A stretch of DNA of 64,000 nt from Pseudomonadota bacterium (GTDB lineage Bacteria > Pseudomonadota > Gammaproteobacteria > Pseudomonadales > Moraxellaceae), in assembly GCA_021804355.1 (NCBI GenBank), contig JAJZHP010000001.1, positions 3,019 to 67,018 on the forward strand. The letters are read 5' to 3'. The position numbers and the translations under genes were made by a program. The first letter of the stretch is position 1; each line of letters opens with the position of its first letter. The notes under the pieces are model-generated. The model had not been told where the DNA came from. It ran no database searches and worked only from the letters and a program-made list of their open reading frames with translations. This document shows, piece after piece, positions 60,135 to 64,000 of this stretch.

Positions 60135-61147
60135 GCCGCCCAGACCTGTTGACGGTAGTTGCGCGGGCTCTGGCCCGCGTAACGGGTAAAAGCGCGCGTA
60201 AAAGCGCTTTGCTCACTAAACCCGAGCAGCATGGCTATATCGGTGAGATTTAAACTCGGATCAGCCAGGTAGCGCTTAGCCAGTTGCTCACGGGTTCGAC
60301 GCATAAGGGTTTGGAAAGTCAGTCCGCGTTGAGTAAGTAGACGTTGAAGTTGACGGCTGCTGACGCCCAGTTCCTGCGCCATCAAGGGCAGGTCAGGGCC
60401 ACCCTCAGGCATATATTTGAGTAGGCAGCCTTGCAGTTTCTGACTCAACTCATCATGAGTGGGCAGGCTCAAGTACATGGCCTGCGCCTGTTGCTCCAGC
60501 AAGTTGGCTAAGCCAGGGTCAGCCAGTCGGATAGGAGCTTGCAGAAAACTAGGGTCAAAGGCGATGCGGGTATCCTGGCCTGCAAACCTGACCTCACAGC
60601 CAAACCATTGACGATAGACGTCCACATCACCCGGGCAGGGACTGGCCAGCTGCACACGCTTTATACGCAGCGGCCAGTCACTGATACGTTGCGCAAATAC
60701 CCAAAATGCAGCGACAGCCAATTCCTCAGGCAGCAGGCCGTAAATGCCATCGGCTTGCACCCAGATAATCTCGAGGGTGTCGGGCCCGGAGGACTGAAAA
60801 GAAGCAGGAATGGTATCAGCCAGAAGACGTGCGTAGCGACTGGTCCGTAAGAGTGCCTCACCCAGTGTCGTTGAAGCAAGGCAAAGGTAACCCACCATGC
60901 CGGTATGCTCGGTACGGATAAATTCAGCTATTTTGAGGCCCAAGCCAGGCTCGGGACAGGCGATAGCGAGTTCATCAAGCGCATCCAGCCAGATGGCCAA
61001 CGGTAAGCGGGCCATAGATTGATGATCAGCCAAGCGTTGACGTAGTGCGGGCAAGGCCAGCTGACGGGCATCCATAAAGTCAGCAAGCAACCCGGCCAGT
61101 GAGGTTAGCAGGGTCTGACTGGTCAGCAGGGCATGCGGTGTTATCAT
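60119..61147 (-). CDS. AraC family transcriptional regulator (N-terminal ligand-binding domain plus C-terminal HTH_18)
   Basis: The C-terminal segment LTDIAMLLGFSEQSAFTRAFTRYAGQSPRNYR is the AraC HTH signature. Convergent with the SDR gene (16-nt 3' overlap). Confidence 0.85.
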   Translation of the reverse strand: MITPHALLTSQTLLTSLAGLLADFMDARQLALPALRQRLADHQSMARLPLAIWLDALDELAIACPEPGLGLKIAEFIRTEHTGMVGYLCLASTTLGEALLRTSRYARLLADTIPASFQSSGPDTLEIIWVQADGIYGLLPEELAVAAFWVFAQRISDWPLRIKRVQLASPCPGDVDVYRQWFGCEVRFAGQDTRIAFDPSFLQAPIRLADPGLANLLEQQAQAMYLSLPTHDELSQKLQGCLLKYMPEGGPDLPLMAQELGVSSRQLQRLLTQRGLTFQTLMRRTREQLAKRYLADPSLNLTDIAMLLGFSEQSAFTRAFTRYAGQSPRNYRQQVWAAQPSK

Positions 61148-61176
61148 GATCCATATAAAAGTTGGAGTTTGTACTC

Positions 61177-62124
61177 ATGCTAGCGCTTCTGGTATTAATC
61201 GCCAGTCTTTTACTTGTGCTGGCATCATCCAGCCTGTTTACCCACAGCGTGGAAGCCATCGCTCACAAACATGGCTTGGGTGCAGGTGTTGCCGGGTCTT
61301 TGCTGGCCGCCATATCCACAGCCATGCCAGAAACGATAGTACCTTTATTAGCGCTGGTGCAAGGGCATGCTCAAAGCATAGGTACGGGAGCCATCATGGG
61401 CGCACCCTTGATGCTGAGTACGTTGACCCTAGGCTTGCTAGCTATCACTGCATGGCCGCAGCGTGGGTGGAAGGGGGTTTTGAAGGCAGATGCCCAGATA
61501 CAGGGGGATCTTAAAATATTTTTACTCGCGTATACTTATGCCCTTTTGCTCATGGTCATACCTCATGCCTGGATGCCTGGATGGGTAGGAGCTATGCCAT
61601 TACTGATTGCCTTTGCCTGGCATACCTGGCATGTGGTGTATCATGACAAGCATTCAGAAACGCTCGAACCCGCAGCCTTTTTGCATGGCTATGCCGTGGG
61701 CGGTTGGATCGTGCTGGTGCTGGCACTGGTGGTGATGGTTACAGCTGCTGAGGGATTGGTCTGGTCGCTACAGCAATTGGCGGACAAGTACCGCTGGCCT
61801 CCCTTGCTGATGGCCTTGTTTTTAGTGCCTGTTGCTACAGAGCTGCCAGAAAAAATCAACAGTATCTTTTGGGTCAGACGCGGCAAGGATAAATTGGCTT
61901 TGGGTAATATCAGTGGCGCCTTGGCGTTTCAGGGTTGTATATTGCCTGCCATTGGGCTGTGGGGAGGTGGCTGGAGCCGTCAGCCACTGACGCTATGGGC
62001 AGCAGCGGTAACCTTGCTGGCGGTCCTATGGCTGGTCAGCCATCGTGTATGGAGTTTGAGGGTATTGTTGCCACTGAATGGGGTATATCTGGCCTACTGG
62101 GTCGTGGCATGGCGAATAAGTTGA
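61177..62124 (+). CDS. Ca2+/cation antiporter (CaCA, Na_Ca_ex) family membrane protein
   Basis: About 10 TM segments. Two alpha-repeat-like motifs are present (GSLLAAISTAMPET and GNISGALAFQG). The start is ATG 61177 or TTG 61162. Confidence 0.65.
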   Translation: MLALLVLIASLLLVLASSSLFTHSVEAIAHKHGLGAGVAGSLLAAISTAMPETIVPLLALVQGHAQSIGTGAIMGAPLMLSTLTLGLLAITAWPQRGWKGVLKADAQIQGDLKIFLLAYTYALLLMVIPHAWMPGWVGAMPLLIAFAWHTWHVVYHDKHSETLEPAAFLHGYAVGGWIVLVLALVVMVTAAEGLVWSLQQLADKYRWPPLLMALFLVPVATELPEKINSIFWVRRGKDKLALGNISGALAFQGCILPAIGLWGGGWSRQPLTLWAAAVTLLAVLWLVSHRVWSLRVLLPLNGVYLAYWVVAWRIS

Positions 62125-62150
62125 GCAGAAATCGAAGAATGATGTAATCA

Positions 62151-62184
62151 TCGTAATATTTCTGTAATAATTTATTCCCACAAT
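62151..62184 (+). promoter_or_regulatory. Candidate Pho box (TCGTAAT-ATTT-CTGTAAT) plus -10 (CACAAT) for pstS
   Basis: The 7+4+7 architecture resembles the E. coli consensus CTGTCAT-A(A/T)A(T/A)-CTGT(C/A)A(C/T). The -10-like hexamer begins 11 bp after the box and lies about 55 nt upstream of the pstS ATG. Confidence 0.4.
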
Positions 62185-62239
62185 GGGCCCCGACTGTGTG
62201 TAGTCAAACAACCCGAATCAGATTACAGAGGAAAACATC

Positions 62240-63271
62240 ATGCGTATGCTGAAACTGGCCCTGAGCGTTGCTCTGGCGACAGCCGCAGCGAGTTCACTCG
62301 CTGAAGACATCACGGGCGCCGGATCAACCTTCGCCTATCCTATATTTGCCAAGTGGGCAGCTTCTTACAAAGGGGTGACGGGCGTTGGTTTGAATTATCA
62401 GGCCATAGGCTCAGGGGGTGGGATTAAGCAGATTGCATCGCGTACCGTGGATTTTGGTGCATCGGATATGCCTCTCAAGCATGATGAACTCATGGCTAAA
62501 GGGTTGGCACAGTTTCCAGCTATCATGGGTGGTGTGGTACCCGTGATCAATTTGTATGGTATGCGTGCTGGCGAAATACGACTGGATGGCAAAGTATTAT
62601 CCGCCATTTACATGGGTGACATTAAGAATTGGAACGATGCGGCTATTGCCGCCTTGAACCCGGGCGTCAAGTTGCCTGATGAACTGATCACCGTGGTGCG
62701 TCGCGCTGATGCCTCGGGAACCACCTTCATTTTCACCAACTACTTGAGCAAGGTTAGCGCTGACTGGAAATCCAAGGTGGGTAGCGGTACGGCTGTAGCT
62801 TGGCCCGAAGGCGTGGCAGGTAAGGGTAATGCGGGTGTGGCTTCTTATGTACAGCGAATCAATGGTGCCATAGGATACGTGGAGTACGCTTATGCCAAGG
62901 GGTCCAAAATGGACTATACCCTGATGGTTAACCGTGACGGTAAGACCGTTACGCCTAATAACAAGGCTTTCCAGGCAGCGGCTGCCTATGCAGATTGGAC
63001 CCATGATCAAGACTTCTATGAAGTGTTGACCGATGAACCCGGTGCAACCAGTTGGCCTATCACAGGGGCAACTTTTGTTCTGGTTCCCAAGGTGGTTGAT
63101 GCCAATACGCATATCAAGGATGTGTTCAAGTTCTTCTCATGGTCATTCAAGAATGGTGCAGATCAGGCCCGTCAGCTGGATTATGTTCCCATGCCTGATA
63201 ATGTGGTTAAGTTGATCGACAGCAGCTGGAAAGCTGAAGTCAAGAACAAAGCAGGTCAATCTGTCTGGTAA
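62240..63271 (+). CDS. pstS: Phosphate ABC transporter substrate-binding protein PstS
   Basis: It has a signal peptide and the motifs ITGAGSTFAYPIFAKWA...NYQAIGSGGGIKQI..RTVDFGASDMPL, collinear with E. coli PstS. Confidence 0.95.
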   Translation: MRMLKLALSVALATAAASSLAEDITGAGSTFAYPIFAKWAASYKGVTGVGLNYQAIGSGGGIKQIASRTVDFGASDMPLKHDELMAKGLAQFPAIMGGVVPVINLYGMRAGEIRLDGKVLSAIYMGDIKNWNDAAIAALNPGVKLPDELITVVRRADASGTTFIFTNYLSKVSADWKSKVGSGTAVAWPEGVAGKGNAGVASYVQRINGAIGYVEYAYAKGSKMDYTLMVNRDGKTVTPNNKAFQAAAAYADWTHDQDFYEVLTDEPGATSWPITGATFVLVPKVVDANTHIKDVFKFFSWSFKNGADQARQLDYVPMPDNVVKLIDSSWKAEVKNKAGQSVW

Positions 63272-63310
63272 GATAGGCCCGTAGGCTAAGGAAGGCTTTT
63301 TTGCAGTTTC

Positions 63311-63332
63311 GGGGCTGGTGCGTGCCAGCCCC
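63311..63332 (+). terminator. Intercistronic GC-rich hairpin between pstS and pstC (possible attenuator or mRNA-stability element)
   Basis: The stem is GGGGCTGG-tgcgtg-CCAGCCCC, 8 bp with a 6-nt loop. It is followed by a C-run rather than a U-tract, so it is not a canonical intrinsic terminator. Confidence 0.35.
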
Positions 63333-63355
63333 CCCCCTAGCATTGAAGGTGACAG

Positions 63356-64000
63356 ATGAATCCGAGTCTGCAGACAAGTACAGATCTGACCGCTCCCGAT
63401 GATGTGCTTGCACGCGAGAGGGGCCGTGACCGGCGTTTCCAATGGCTGGTAACTGCTATGGCCATGATGGTCTTGTTGGTATTGGGCGCGATTTTGCTTT
63501 CTCTGGTCATCGGATCTAAGCCAGCTTACGATCAGTTTGGCTGGAAATTTCTGACGAGTCGGGCCTGGGACCCCATAGGTAATGACTATGGTGCGCTCTC
63601 AGCCATCTATGGTACGGTGGTGACTTCAGCGATTGCGTTGTTGCTTGCCGTTCCGGTCAGTTTTTTTATCGCTTTTTTTCTGACCGAATTATGTCCTCGA
63701 CGCTTAAGGGGTACGGTCAATGCCATTATCGAATTATTGGCAGGGATACCCTCGATCATTTATGGCATGTGGGGTCTGTTTGTTCTGGCTCCACTGTTGT
63801 CGCAGTATGTACAGCCTCATCTTGCCCATGGGTTTGAGCACATTTGGCTTTTGGACAGAATTTTCCAGGGCCCTCCCATTGGTATTGGGTTGTTACCGGC
63901 CGCATTGATTCTGTCGCTGATGGTTGTACCTTTTATCACCTCCGTCATGCGTGAAGTTTTTGAAGTGGTGCCCTATAGTCTCAAAGAAGCTGGCTATGGT
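63356..64000 (+). CDS. pstC: Phosphate ABC transporter permease PstC (partial; continues past the window end)
   Basis: Not in the ORF track because no stop falls in the window. Manual translation from ATG 63356 gives MNPSLQTS...WDPIGNDYGALSAIYGTVVTSAIALLLAVPVSF...IELLAGIPSIIYGMWGLFVLAP...SLKEAGYG. The frame stays open to position 64000. Confidence 0.9.
   Translation, partial: MNPSLQTSTDLTAPDDVLARERGRDRRFQWLVTAMAMMVLLVLGAILLSLVIGSKPAYDQFGWKFLTSRAWDPIGNDYGALSAIYGTVVTSAIALLLAVPVSFFIAFFLTELCPRRLRGTVNAIIELLAGIPSIIYGMWGLFVLAPLLSQYVQPHLAHGFEHIWLLDRIFQGPPIGIGLLPAALILSLMVVPFITSVMREVFEVVPYSLKEAGYG

Noticed and set aside
62597-63112. 171-aa minus-strand ORF inside pstS
   Set aside because: This is an antisense shadow of pstS with no supporting features.
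1-64000. Scan for CRISPR arrays, tRNA/rRNA/tmRNA genes, IS elements, integrases, toxin-antitoxin pairs and phage genes
   Set aside because: No spaced direct-repeat arrays were seen. No non-coding gap is longer than about 190 bp. No transposase-, integrase- or phage-like translations appear in any frame of the ORF track. The window appears to be core chromosome.

Overview
This window looks like core chromosome from a gammaproteobacterium. I saw no rRNA, tRNA, CRISPR array, transposase, integrase or phage genes. All calls come from reading the supplied ORF translations and the DNA by eye. No searches or computations were run.

Gene order, as far as I recall it, closely follows two Pseudomonas aeruginosa regions that are joined here:
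- gmk-yicC-rph-(crc slot)-pyrE.
- gshB-tonB3-algH-ruvX-pyrB-pyrC'-pilU/pilT-yggS-proC-yggT-metX-metW-rdgB-trmB-thiG-thiS-rpoH-ftsX-ftsE-ftsY-M16 peptidase pair-rsmD.

Downstream of rsmD the window contains:
- a small outer-membrane barrel protein;
- an Anbu (ancestral proteasome beta-subunit) operon with a permuted ATP-grasp gene and an alpha-E gene;
- HMG-CoA lyase, an SRPBCC protein and an acyl-CoA dehydrogenase;
- a CDF transporter;
- a complete 13-gene E. coli-type nuoA-N operon with fused nuoCD;
- a LysR/AraC-flanked cluster encoding an ACAD10/11-type acyl-CoA dehydrogenase, two SDRs, an APH-type kinase and a histidine phosphatase;
- a CaCA antiporter and pstS-pstC.

The items most worth a second look are:
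1. The split ACAD10/11-like (lva-like) kinase plus dehydrogenase module.
2. The Anbu operon, which lacks the usual transglutaminase gene and is preceded by an unannotatable 66-aa His-rich ORF with a strong RBS.
3. A lone bacterial dynamin-like GTPase inserted in the yggS-proC-yggT-yggU / metXW array.
4. A PaaX-like plus WYL-domain regulator islet between rph and an exonuclease III gene that sits where Pseudomonas carries crc.

None of these is demonstrably novel from sequence alone.
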